From a virus (lineage: Duplodnaviria > Caudoviricetes), in the IMG/VR virus record IMGVR_UViG_2791355120_000002, positions 1 through 64,000 of that record: DNA of 64,000 nt. One strand, given 5' to 3'. The notes beneath the pieces were generated by a model. That model was not told the origin of the DNA and did no database searches. It saw only the letters and a list, made by a program, of their open reading frames with translations. Positions 35,162 to 43,873 of this stretch are shown in pieces (positions within the stretch are counted from its first letter, which is position 1; each line of letters opens with the position of its first letter). Made by a program: the position numbers and the translations under genes.

Positions 35162-35577
35162 CCATGGACGACGCGGAACTCGGCCTGCGACTGGTCAAGG
35201 CGCTGCGTGCCGCCACGGCTTCTAGGTTGCCCAACGGCAATCCGATCAAGGGCAAGCTGATGAGCCTTGCCCTGAACATCACGCCCGAGGATTGGCAGGT
35301 CATCGGCCAGTTCTGGTTTACGCATCACTGCAACGTCCAGTGCAGCAAAGACCCCGCTACCGCGCTGCTGACGGTGCTCGAAGCACCGCCAAACCTGACC
35401 GATCCCTATGACCCAAAGCAGCGGCTGCTGATGGCTAAGCCGGTGCTGCGGGAGCACGTCGAGTTCGTCACCGGGAAGCGTGAGCCCGAACCGTCACCGG
35501 CGCCGCAGCCGGCGCTGGCTAACTATCCGACAGCGCAGGAAGACGATGTGCTCGACCTGAGCGAACTGCTCGTGTGA
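35158..35577 (+). CDS. Hypothetical protein ending DLSELLV
   Basis: GTGA-coupled. Confidence 0.7.
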   Translation: MTMDDAELGLRLVKALRAATASRLPNGNPIKGKLMSLALNITPEDWQVIGQFWFTHHCNVQCSKDPATALLTVLEAPPNLTDPYDPKQRLLMAKPVLREHVEFVTGKREPEPSPAPQPALANYPTAQEDDVLDLSELLV

Positions 35578-35825
35578 TGCAACGCTACTCCTACGAGTGG
35601 GTAGACCCCGACAGCGGCGAGGAACATTTCAGCGATGAACTCTGTGCCATCTACGATGCGAAGCGCGGCCTTGAATTTCCCATTGCTTGGGCATGGGACC
35701 GGGACGGCGCCGAACTCATCGTTGATGCGCTGAACCAGGCTCACGAGATGACAGGCAGGGCCGCCACGCTGGTTGCGCTGGCGGTCCATCGAGACAAGTA
35801 CGATCTGAGCGATTTGCTCGGCTGA
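35574..35825 (+). CDS. Hypothetical protein ending DLSDLLG
   Basis: GTGA-coupled. Confidence 0.7.
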   Translation: MMQRYSYEWVDPDSGEEHFSDELCAIYDAKRGLEFPIAWAWDRDGAELIVDALNQAHEMTGRAATLVALAVHRDKYDLSDLLG

Positions 35826-35856
35826 CGTTTCACTTTTTACGGGACAATCACGAAAC

Positions 35857-37179
35857 ATGGGCGGCGCAGTCACACTTCATGCCGGCGACAATCGCCTGAG
35901 CCTGCGCCGGCTCATCGACCAGGGCGTGCGCGTCCATTCGGTCGTGAGCGATCCGCCCTATGCGCTCACCAGTATCACCAAGCGCTTCGGCAAGGCCGGC
36001 GCGGCTGCGGCTCGCACGCAGGGCAACGACGGCAGCTTCGCGCGCCTGTCGAAGGGCTTCATGCAAAAAACTTGGGACGCCACAGGCATCGAGCGCGATC
36101 CTGAGTTCTGGCGCCTGGTCTATGACATCCTTCTGCCAGGCGGCTACGTCTTCGCCTTCTCTGGCGCCCGCTCTGGCCACTGGCAGGCCTGTGCCATGGA
36201 GACGGCCGGCTTCATCATGCACCCGATGCATGGATGGGTGTACGGTCAGGGCTGGCCGAAGCCCACCTACATCAAGGGCCTGCCCGAGTGGGAAGGATGG
36301 GGCTACGGCACGCAGTCGCAGAAGCCAGCGCTCGAACCTATCTACCTCGGCCAGAAGCCCTTCAGCGAGAAGACCGGGCCGGCGAACGTCCTGAAACACG
36401 GCGTCGGCGCATTCAACATCGGCGGCTGCACAGTCGACGACGGGGAGAACGGTCGTAGGCCGGCCAATCTGATCCTGGACGGATCGTCCGAGGTGATCGA
36501 CCTGTTCCCGTACACGCGCAGCGGCGCGCCGGGCGTCATGCGGAAGGGCACGAACGACGGTGCAACCTACGGCGCCGAGAGCCGCGCTCCTGGCACGCCT
36601 ATGACCGGCTACGGCGATGAGGGCTCGGCCGCTCGCTTCTTCCACCAGTTCCCGCTTACCGAGGCCGACTACCGGTGGGCAATCGACGCAGGGCTCATCG
36701 GAACCGATCTCGGCGATGCGACTATCTACAATGCCAAAGCGAGCAAACAGGATCGTTTAGGCAGCAAGCACCCAACCGTTAAGCCAGTGGCCTTGTTGCA
36801 GTATCTCATCCGCCACATCACACCACCTGGCGGCGTCGTCCTCGATATGTTTGCCGGAAGCGGCACCACCGCAGAAGCCGCGCGGCGCGAGGGTTTCGAC
36901 TGCATTCTGATGGAAGCCGAGCCCGAATATCTCGACTTCCTGTGTTCACGCTTCGTTCTCAACCCGGAATATGCTATAGGAATAGATGCCTACAGCACGG
37001 TTAACGGAGCGAGAATCAATTCTACTGTATCAAAATTAGACATAACTAATGTAGCGAATAAAGAGTTGTGTCTACTTGACATCCTGGGTGATCTGGCGGC
37101 TGTAGAAAAGCGCGAGGTTCAAGTCCCCGGTACGTTTAGATCGTACTCAGGCTACGATCTGACGGAGTTGTTGTCGTAA
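35857..37179 (+). CDS. N6/N4 DNA methyltransferase (beta class)
   Basis: SDPPY precedes HPTVKP and VLDMFAGSGTT; operator-like site at 35830-35844. Confidence 0.9.
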   Translation: MGGAVTLHAGDNRLSLRRLIDQGVRVHSVVSDPPYALTSITKRFGKAGAAAARTQGNDGSFARLSKGFMQKTWDATGIERDPEFWRLVYDILLPGGYVFAFSGARSGHWQACAMETAGFIMHPMHGWVYGQGWPKPTYIKGLPEWEGWGYGTQSQKPALEPIYLGQKPFSEKTGPANVLKHGVGAFNIGGCTVDDGENGRRPANLILDGSSEVIDLFPYTRSGAPGVMRKGTNDGATYGAESRAPGTPMTGYGDEGSAARFFHQFPLTEADYRWAIDAGLIGTDLGDATIYNAKASKQDRLGSKHPTVKPVALLQYLIRHITPPGGVVLDMFAGSGTTAEAARREGFDCILMEAEPEYLDFLCSRFVLNPEYAIGIDAYSTVNGARINSTVSKLDITNVANKELCLLDILGDLAAVEKREVQVPGTFRSYSGYDLTELLS

Positions 37180-37206
37180 ATGCCTGCGTCTCAGGGAAAG
37201 GTCGAA

Positions 37207-37476
37207 ATGCCGAAGCTTGCTAAACTATCTTTTACTGGAGTGGATTCCAGTGGTGAATACCCTAAGGTTGTACCGTGGCAACCTAAGCGTTCAGGGGACT
37301 ACTCGCAGGATTGCGCGGCTGGCCGCGCCTACTATGCCGAGCTTCTTGACCTGATGCGGCAAGAGAACAACCCGACGTTCCTATGCCGCGTTTTGAGCGC
37401 GCAAGTAAAGGGCGGTGTGTGGGATGCAGTCGAGATCGGCTTCACCCAAGCTATGGCCGAACGCCTGGTGGCCTAG
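37207..37476 (+). CDS. Hypothetical protein
   Basis: ORF followed by a terminator; start may be 37180. Confidence 0.6.
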   Translation: MPKLAKLSFTGVDSSGEYPKVVPWQPKRSGDYSQDCAAGRAYYAELLDLMRQENNPTFLCRVLSAQVKGGVWDAVEIGFTQAMAERLVA

Positions 37477-37506
37477 TGCATGGCCGTTCGAGGGGGACGC
37501 ACACGC

Positions 37507-37546
37507 GGCTCATCGAGAGTGGAACGCTCGGTGAGCCTTTTCTTTT
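37507..37546 (+). terminator. Rho-independent terminator at the early/late convergence
   Basis: GGCTCATCGAG/CTCGGTGAGCC stem plus TTTTCTTTT. Confidence 0.8.
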
Positions 37547-37553
37547 GCCAGTC

Positions 37554-38819
37554 TTAGAAGAATTCTGTGAACCTCGCCCGCTGGCCTAGCTGCGGATGAT
37601 AGAGGAAGCATTCGACCGCCTGGCGATTCACATACCCGTTTCTATCATGCCAGCTATCCGGCGCCGATGGTGATCGGACGTATTCGATGTTGACGTGCTC
37701 ACCCTCAAATTGGGGCTTGCCGCTGATGAGCGCCGTCATGCCGTTGTGATCCTTCTCACGAAGGAAGGGCAGTTCACCGCGCGTCTTGCGATCTTTGTGA
37801 TGCACGTGATGGAGCAGCCAGTAGAGGTTTTTGCATCGCGAGATGTAGTCGCGCGCCTCCTGGACCATCAGACCGTAAAGCTTTTCCTCCTTCGCGCCAT
37901 CACCGTGGCTAAGGCCGAGCAAATTAGACTCGTAGCAATAGTACTTCCGGTGACGTTCGCTGAGATTGTAGTCACTCGCGCGGATGCGCGCGTTGACCTG
38001 GTTCCGGTACGGCGCGGCGATCGTCTGCGACAATGCCCATCCCATTAGCCAGTCATGATTCGACATGCAGTGCAGCAGATCGACGTTGGCGATCTTAGCT
38101 GCCTCGCCGATCGCCTCGTTGTAGGCCACGGCTGCGTCCATGAAGCCTTGGAAGATCGTCCCATCACTGTCCTGGAAGGTGCCGCTGGTCGTAGTCGAAC
38201 GCGGCCCGTCCACATGGAGAGCATCGTTGCCGAGGACGAACAGCACCTGGCCGATACCCATGGGCTCTGCCATGCGCAGGAGCGACTTGGTGCCTTCGAC
38301 GACGCGGTGACGGGCGACCTCGCGATTGTACTCAAAGCCGGTCTCCGTGCGCACCGCGAGCTTGAGGAAATGAACGTCGGCCAGGTCTATAACCAGTAGA
38401 TGCTCATTGTCCGCTCGCGGCCGGGGCGGCAGCGCCAACGGCTTGGCAACCGACATGCCCTCGATCGCCTCGCGCACCATGTCGGCAACAGATACGTTCT
38501 GGCCGGTGCGGGGGTTTTTCACGAACAGCGAATAGCCGCTGCCGGTATCGTCCTTCACGATCTTCCAGAAGTGGGAGAGATTGCGCGGGTCTTCGATGCC
38601 GCCAGCCTGTGCAGCTTCCAAAATTGCCGCGTCGTCGACTGTCTGCTCGCGGGCCGACTCGGCGCCGAGCATTCCACGCTCTCGGGCGCGCAGCAGCCGG
38701 TTCTTGTAGGTCTTGAGATCGAGCCCGAGCGCGTTTGCCGCGTCAACTGCTGATCCGTGGAGAAGCATGGCTTCGGCAGCAGCCTTGGCCAATTCATCGG
38801 ACAATCGTGGTGTTGGCAT
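37554..38819 (-). CDS. Calcineurin-like metallophosphoesterase with an N-terminal HTH
   Basis: ADVH, GND.LH, SNHD, HGD and HHVHH motifs. Confidence 0.8.
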   Translation of the reverse strand: MPTPRLSDELAKAAAEAMLLHGSAVDAANALGLDLKTYKNRLLRARERGMLGAESAREQTVDDAAILEAAQAGGIEDPRNLSHFWKIVKDDTGSGYSLFVKNPRTGQNVSVADMVREAIEGMSVAKPLALPPRPRADNEHLLVIDLADVHFLKLAVRTETGFEYNREVARHRVVEGTKSLLRMAEPMGIGQVLFVLGNDALHVDGPRSTTTSGTFQDSDGTIFQGFMDAAVAYNEAIGEAAKIANVDLLHCMSNHDWLMGWALSQTIAAPYRNQVNARIRASDYNLSERHRKYYCYESNLLGLSHGDGAKEEKLYGLMVQEARDYISRCKNLYWLLHHVHHKDRKTRGELPFLREKDHNGMTALISGKPQFEGEHVNIEYVRSPSAPDSWHDRNGYVNRQAVECFLYHPQLGQRARFTEFF

Positions 38820-39058
38820 CAGTGGCCCTTGATGTTCGCCCAAATGAGCCCGAGAACGGCCAGGGTGATCATGCCCACGGCCGCCATGAGGCTTTGGCGC
38901 TGGATTGCATCGGCGCCGGTTCGCGTCTTGCGGACAAACCGCATGTCGGCCTGCGCTTCGAGCGGGTCGTCAGGATCGAGACCGAGCGTCAGGAAGGTCT
39001 CCTTGACCGCTTCCTGTGCCGCGCGGCGCGCGATCTCGTGGATTTCAGCGTCGGTCAC
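38819..39058 (-). CDS. Small membrane protein in the lysis cassette
   Basis: C-terminal TM helix; coupled. Confidence 0.65.
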   Translation of the reverse strand: MTDAEIHEIARRAAQEAVKETFLTLGLDPDDPLEAQADMRFVRKTRTGADAIQRQSLMAAVGMITLAVLGLIWANIKGH

Positions 39059-39414
39059 GGCTTCGGCTCCCTGGCGTCGTAGTTTTTGGCGTACCAGGAG
39101 GCACACCAGAGGATTTGGTCGTTGGCTGCGCCGAGGGCGATGTCGCCCTTCTCATTCGCCACGTCGAGACGATCGTTGAGCTTCACGCCGCTGCGGTGAG
39201 TCTGCTTGCAGTAGTCGGGGTAGACCGGCATCCGGCGAGCTTCCTGGACGCGCTTCTCGGCCACCGCGAGCGCGGTTTCAGCGGCCTCGGCACGTGCCTT
39301 GTCGGAGTAGGCCTGTTCGAGCCGGAACTTATTTGTTGCGCATCCGGTTAAACAGAAACTCGTCAACACGGCAGCCGTCAGGAAGCGCCCTCGCTTCGAT
39401 CTGAACCAGGTCAT
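39055..39414 (-). CDS. o-spanin (Rz1-like lipoprotein)
   Basis: LTG-C lipobox; overlaps the 3' end of the i-spanin gene. Confidence 0.75.
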   Translation of the reverse strand: MTWFRSKRGRFLTAAVLTSFCLTGCATNKFRLEQAYSDKARAEAAETALAVAEKRVQEARRMPVYPDYCKQTHRSGVKLNDRLDVANEKGDIALGAANDQILWCASWYAKNYDAREPKP

Positions 39415-39757
39415 CTTTTCTCTTTCGATTATCGAGGCGGGATAGGTTGGACTGCTTTTCCAGGTCTTCGCGCGCCTGGCGGTCGATCTCGGCAAGCCGG
39501 TTGGTCTCGTCGACCTTCGCCTCGGCCCACTGGCGGATGCGCCGTTCCTCGGTGAGCTTGGCGTTCAGTGCCTCGAGCTCGGCGCCGGCAACGAGCTTGG
39601 TGACGGCCTGGTTCACGGCCGTGCGGATCGCGGAAGCCTTGTCGAAGTAGAGCCAGGTGCCGGCGATCAAGAACGCCCACACGGGAAGCGTGATGCCGAA
39701 AGAAAGAACTGGCCACACCCATTTGCGCAACCAGGCGATGGCAATGGCGGCGGTCAT
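39329..39757 (-). CDS. i-spanin (Rz-like)
   Basis: N-terminal TM plus coiled coil, downstream of the endolysin. Confidence 0.75.
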   Translation of the reverse strand: MTAAIAIAWLRKWVWPVLSFGITLPVWAFLIAGTWLYFDKASAIRTAVNQAVTKLVAGAELEALNAKLTEERRIRQWAEAKVDETNRLAEIDRQAREDLEKQSNLSRLDNRKRKDDLVQIEARALPDGCRVDEFLFNRMRNK

Positions 39758-39870
39758 GGGAGATAACTCCACCAGATGGCGCCAAGGCCGGCGACGATCA
39801 GTGCGAAGATCACACAGGCCTCAGCCGCGTAGTCTTCGATGATGGCGGTCCAGAGTTCGTTCCAGCCCAT
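39754..39870 (-). CDS. Small membrane peptide
   Basis: 38 aa, one TM helix, coupled on both sides. Confidence 0.5.
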   Translation of the reverse strand: MGWNELWTAIIEDYAAEACVIFALIVAGLGAIWWSYLP

Positions 39871-40283
39871 CAGCAATCCCTCAGCACGCCGTGATGAAGG
39901 AAGCCGTGGAAACCGGGCACGGCTATCGACCCGGCGCCGGCAGCGCACGTCTTGCCATTCTTATCGACATGGACGGTCTCGCCGATGGTGCCATGGCGCA
40001 CCCAACAGCGGTGCTCTTTGTCGTCAGGCAGGGTGCAGTTGCTCGCCTGCGAATCGATGTGCCACCAGGTGTATCCCCGATTGCCTTCCCGAGGGATGAT
40101 GCACACTACCGACAAGCCGTCAGGCCCTTTCGGTCCACGGTCATCCACGAACAGTGCGCCGATCGGCAACTGTGAGGTTTCCGCACCGGTATCGCGATTG
40201 CGATAAATGCGCTTCGAAACGCCATCCTCGAACGGCGCGTTTCGACCGGTGTCTTCCCACCAGGTGCAGCGGTACTCAGCCAT
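39870..40283 (-). CDS. Hypothetical Cys/His protein (DUF6527-like C-terminus)
   Basis: H.CW.RHG...SI....FHGFL..GVL. Confidence 0.6.
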   Translation of the reverse strand: MAEYRCTWWEDTGRNAPFEDGVSKRIYRNRDTGAETSQLPIGALFVDDRGPKGPDGLSVVCIIPREGNRGYTWWHIDSQASNCTLPDDKEHRCWVRHGTIGETVHVDKNGKTCAAGAGSIAVPGFHGFLHHGVLRDC

Positions 40284-40957
40284 CAGTTCAGCCCCGAGAT
40301 ACAAAGCTCGGCCTCCCCGATGCGGTGGGCGTCGCCCATCTTGCGGCGCTTATCCAAGCCTTCAAGAACGATGCCACCGGCTCGATTGAAGGCGGTCTGC
40401 GCGATGCAGGCTTCTTTGTACTGTCGCTTGCCGACGAACTCGGCCGCCTTGGACTTCTTCTGCCGCGCGACCCCGTAATTGTATGCGCCCGAGGTCATCG
40501 CGGCCTGAAGCGAGATGGGCGCCTCGGCAAAGCCGGGCACGCCATCGACCAGCGGCAGATAGTAGTCGTAGAGCACTCGCTGGATCAGCTTGTCCCGACA
40601 CTGCTCTGGCGTGAACTTCATGCCCTTCTTGACGCCGAGCGTATCGCCGTAGCAGACGGTCCAGACCGGAACCTTCGGCAGTCGATCGAGATACGCGGTC
40701 GTGCGCAATCCTTCCCACGGGCCGATAAGCTGCTCGACGGCCAGCTTGACGGCGGGCGGGATGTAACCCTTGTCGATCGCCCGGTGGATTTCCATGGCCG
40801 GGGTGACGACCATCTGGTGAACCGCAGGCGCCGGCACGGTCGCGTGCTGCTGTGCGACGTAGGCGCTGTAGCCGCTGGCGCCTGCGAAGACGATCGCCGC
40901 AGCGACGGCGTTACGACCGCGCAGCGTCGCCTTGATCTTGCTTATCGGTAACGGCAT
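40283..40957 (-). CDS. Endolysin, GH24 lysozyme, possible SAR/signal N-terminus
   Basis: WEGLRTTAYLD...WTVCYGDT, AYNYG and GL.KRR motifs; Ala/Gly-rich hydrophobic N-terminus. Confidence 0.9.
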   Translation of the reverse strand: MPLPISKIKATLRGRNAVAAAIVFAGASGYSAYVAQQHATVPAPAVHQMVVTPAMEIHRAIDKGYIPPAVKLAVEQLIGPWEGLRTTAYLDRLPKVPVWTVCYGDTLGVKKGMKFTPEQCRDKLIQRVLYDYYLPLVDGVPGFAEAPISLQAAMTSGAYNYGVARQKKSKAAEFVGKRQYKEACIAQTAFNRAGGIVLEGLDKRRKMGDAHRIGEAELCISGLN

Positions 40958-41204
40958 CGGGTGCTCCCGAGAGTTGGTTCGAAATGACGAAGCGCGCCGG
41001 CAGCGCCAGGCCCGAGAACAGGCCGGCGAGGATGGCGAACAGGACGGGTGGGATCGGCACGTAGCCGGCCAGGAACGGCCAGGCGCTGTCGAGCATGAGG
41101 ACGACAAGGCAGAGGAAGGCGAGCGCGTTGAAGTGGAAGCTGCGCGAGTGCTTGGCGACCTTGACGACGTTCGGCACCAGGAACGGGCGGATGAGGTTCA
41201 TCAT
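40911..41204 (-). CDS. Putative holin
   Basis: Two TM helices, immediately upstream of the endolysin. Confidence 0.7.
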   Translation of the reverse strand: MMNLIRPFLVPNVVKVAKHSRSFHFNALAFLCLVVLMLDSAWPFLAGYVPIPPVLFAILAGLFSGLALPARFVISNQLSGAPDAVTDKQDQGDAARS

Positions 41205-41395
41205 GCGCGGCCGTCCTTGATCGAGTGCCACTTGGCCAATTGCAGCGCGCAGTGGTTGGGTTCGATCAGACGCGATACGATGCGGCAGAAAAGGCATTGG
41301 GTGCCGCGCTTCTCGGCGACGCGGGCGCACAGGGTCTGGTCTCCGCGTCCACCGCAGAGCCGGTTCAAGAGTCCTGAAAGCCGATAGAAAGTCAC
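41201..41395 (-). CDS. Small Cys-rich protein
   Basis: LN.LCGG..DQTLCAR...C..C...HC. Confidence 0.55.
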   Translation of the reverse strand: MTFYRLSGLLNRLCGGRGDQTLCARVAEKRGTQCLFCRIVSRLIEPNHCALQLAKWHSIKDGRA

Positions 41396-41433
41396 GGGGC
41401 GCCCGCCACGGTTAGGTGGAAGGCCTATCTATC

Positions 41434-41467
41434 GCACGTCTAAACGTGATTATCAAGTTAAACGTGA
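41434..41467. promoter_or_regulatory. Tandem operator-like sites
   Basis: GCAC-N8-GTGA and TCAA-GTTAAAC-GTGA. Confidence 0.6.
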
Positions 41468-41543
41468 TTTTGATTGATGCAGTCGACAATTGCTCGCGCG
41501 CAGAATACAGAAGCGAAATTCCAACCGACAAAAAAAGGGCACA

Positions 41544-41711
41544 ATGAACAGAGCAGAAAAGCGATGGACCGACGCGCAGGAGCGATTTGAAAGCGAAGAA
41601 GAACCGCTAATCGCTGCCGCCGATCCCATTATGTCAGCCTTATATGAGGTGCGTCTAATATTATGGCTCTGCTTCGCTGTCCTCTGCATCATCGCCTGGC
41701 GCGTTTGGTGA
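41544..41711 (+). CDS. Small membrane protein opposite the late operon (moron-like)
   Basis: AT-rich upstream region, AAGGG SD, C-terminal TM helix. Confidence 0.55.
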   Translation: MNRAEKRWTDAQERFESEEEPLIAAADPIMSALYEVRLILWLCFAVLCIIAWRVW

Positions 41712-41712
41712 T

Positions 41713-42555
41713 TCAGAAGGTCAGGAACATCCCACCTGTATTGCCGGGGGTATATGTCACAATGATAATGCCCTGCGCGCCAGCGCCCGAGCCGTTGTCC
41801 TGACTACCCGCGACGCCCCCGCCACCACCACCGTACAGCCCACCTGCTCCCGGCGCGCCACCAGTTGATGCGTCAAAGCCGGCCGACCCGCCGCCTGAAC
41901 CGGCCGTGCCACCGGCCGTAGCCGTATATTCGGCACCTGCCCCACCATTGGCAGTCGTGTTAGCGGTCGCCCCGGCTCCACCGAGACCATTGTCACCAGC
42001 CCCACCGGCGCTGAACGTACCGGCCGTGGTGAGATTCCCGGCGCTGATACCGTTTCCAGAGGCACCGCCTGCGCCGCCGCCGCCCGTGCAGGTTCGCCCG
42101 TTGCCAGGTGCCGAAGTGACTGAGCCGCCTGCGCCGCCAGAGCTTTTTGTGCTTCCAATCCCGCTTGCCGCTGCACCGCCAGCGCCGCCCGACTGCGTAG
42201 AATTGGTGAGGGTTCCAGCGCCTGCGCCGCCACCTTTTGCGCCAACACTGCTGGCCGCGAGGGAGGCACCGTTGAACCAGGTATCTCCACCAGCGTTGCC
42301 GGCTGACACGCCCGTGACCGAGGCACCACCTGCGCCGATTTGATACTGGATCGCACCCGAGAGAGCCAGGTTCGACACGGACGAAAACGCGCCGCCGCCG
42401 CCGCCAGTTCCGATCTTGGCAGCGGAGGTGCCTACGAACGCCGAGCCGCCCGAGCCACCGCCTCCGATAGCTGCAACGCTGTTGTCGCTGTTGTTCCAAT
42501 CTGCCGGGGTGTTGAAACTGGTCCCCGAGGTCAGGAAAACGACAGTAGCTACCAT
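41713..42555 (-). CDS. Glycine-rich tail fibre-associated protein
   Basis: GGGGG/GAGG repeats; GAQGIIIVTY C-terminus. Confidence 0.8.
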   Translation of the reverse strand: MVATVVFLTSGTSFNTPADWNNSDNSVAAIGGGGSGGSAFVGTSAAKIGTGGGGGAFSSVSNLALSGAIQYQIGAGGASVTGVSAGNAGGDTWFNGASLAASSVGAKGGGAGAGTLTNSTQSGGAGGAAASGIGSTKSSGGAGGSVTSAPGNGRTCTGGGGAGGASGNGISAGNLTTAGTFSAGGAGDNGLGGAGATANTTANGGAGAEYTATAGGTAGSGGGSAGFDASTGGAPGAGGLYGGGGGGVAGSQDNGSGAGAQGIIIVTYTPGNTGGMFLTF

Positions 42556-42791
42556 AGGATGGTCCTCAAAGGCTGAGCGAGTTTGTGCGCGAGTACGCGC
42601 ATCGCAATTCCAGAATCAGGGACCTTGCGATCTCCCGTCGTCACGAGGACATTTTCGTCTGTGATCAGAAGGTTCTCACCAGGCGCAACATGGGCGGGAA
42701 AGGTGTGCCTCTCACCATGCACGTATCGAAGGATGGCGGGCGTGCCATCGCCCTCCAGCTTGAACACGATGCCGATTCCTATTGGGCTCAT
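42549..42791 (-). CDS. Hypothetical protein
   Basis: Coupled ORF in the tail module. Confidence 0.5.
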   Translation of the reverse strand: MSPIGIGIVFKLEGDGTPAILRYVHGERHTFPAHVAPGENLLITDENVLVTTGDRKVPDSGIAMRVLAHKLAQPLRTILW

Positions 42792-43867
42792 ATGTTGCCA
42801 ACCTTCGCGACGACATCCCATTTCGAGTCGGCCGCGTTGTAGACGAAGCCGAGGTACATCGTTTTGCCGGCAACAGTTGCTGTCGGAAGCTGAACGTCGG
42901 TGCCGGCCCGATAGATCGCGTTCCAGGCGAGCGCCTGAGATGCGCCGTTGTCCTTGATGCGAATCGTCAGGCGCTGACCATCGGTCGGCGTTCCCGAAGG
43001 TGCTGCAAACGTTCCGCCAACCGCGAGCGCGGTGACATTGTACTGATCGTTGCTGTCGCCCACGGGGGTTACGGAGGCAGCACTGGCGACCGTCCCGATG
43101 CGCGGTGTAACGCGCTTGTTCGTCAGCGTAGCAACAGCAGAGTTCTTGGTCGCGTCAGACGTGTTGTCGACGTTACCAAGCCCTACGTCGCCCTTGACGA
43201 GTGACAGCAACGTCTTCATCGCCGCGTAGTTGGCAGCCTGAATGAACGAACGCCCGTTGGCCGACGCATCGGTGATGTCGGCTGCCGCAATCGCAAGCGC
43301 AGTTTTAAGAGCCGCCGCCGTAATGGCGCCCGTAAGACCTGCCACGGACAGCACCGCGTCCGTAGGTGTCAGAAGCTCCTTCCAGTCGGCCAGAGTCGAT
43401 GGCGAGTTGGTTTGAAGGACAAAGGACTTGTTGAGGTCCGTTCGAATGCAGATGTCGCCCTTTTGCGCGGTGAGCGCGAGCATCGCGGCCTGGGTCGAGA
43501 CAACGAACGTATCCGTTATCGCCACGGCCGGCAGGACCGACGTATCCAGCAAGCCGCCAGCATCGAGCACCGGAACTTGGCCAGCGGCCGTGCCGGTGTC
43601 CTTGCTCGCGGCCGTGCCGAGCGTCGGCTTGCCGGTGAGATCGCTGTACGCGCCTGTGGACGCGACCGTCGACAGCGTGGGCTTACCGCTCAGATCGGCA
43701 TAGGCGCCCGTCGTCGCAACAGTGGCAATGTCCTCCGCGAGCTTGGCGCTGTCGGCAAGGTCTTTGACCCGCTGACGGATGTCGGCCGGCGAAATGTCGC
43801 CGGTCGTATTATCGGGAAGATAGGTATCGGCGTCGCTGTTAAGCTGAGCCCTGGTGCGTGCAGTCAT
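42788..43867 (-). CDS. Tail fibre-like protein
   Basis: VATTGAYADLSGKP repeat, VLSVAGLTG and DVGLGNVDNTSD motifs. Confidence 0.8.
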   Translation of the reverse strand: MTARTRAQLNSDADTYLPDNTTGDISPADIRQRVKDLADSAKLAEDIATVATTGAYADLSGKPTLSTVASTGAYSDLTGKPTLGTAASKDTGTAAGQVPVLDAGGLLDTSVLPAVAITDTFVVSTQAAMLALTAQKGDICIRTDLNKSFVLQTNSPSTLADWKELLTPTDAVLSVAGLTGAITAAALKTALAIAAADITDASANGRSFIQAANYAAMKTLLSLVKGDVGLGNVDNTSDATKNSAVATLTNKRVTPRIGTVASAASVTPVGDSNDQYNVTALAVGGTFAAPSGTPTDGQRLTIRIKDNGASQALAWNAIYRAGTDVQLPTATVAGKTMYLGFVYNAADSKWDVVAKVGNI

Positions 43868-43873
43868 GGTTGA

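Noticed and set aside
37113-37129. GGTTCAAGTCC tRNA T-loop-like string
   Set aside because: The stem is imperfect, no acceptor, D or anticodon arms were found, and it lies in a coding frame.
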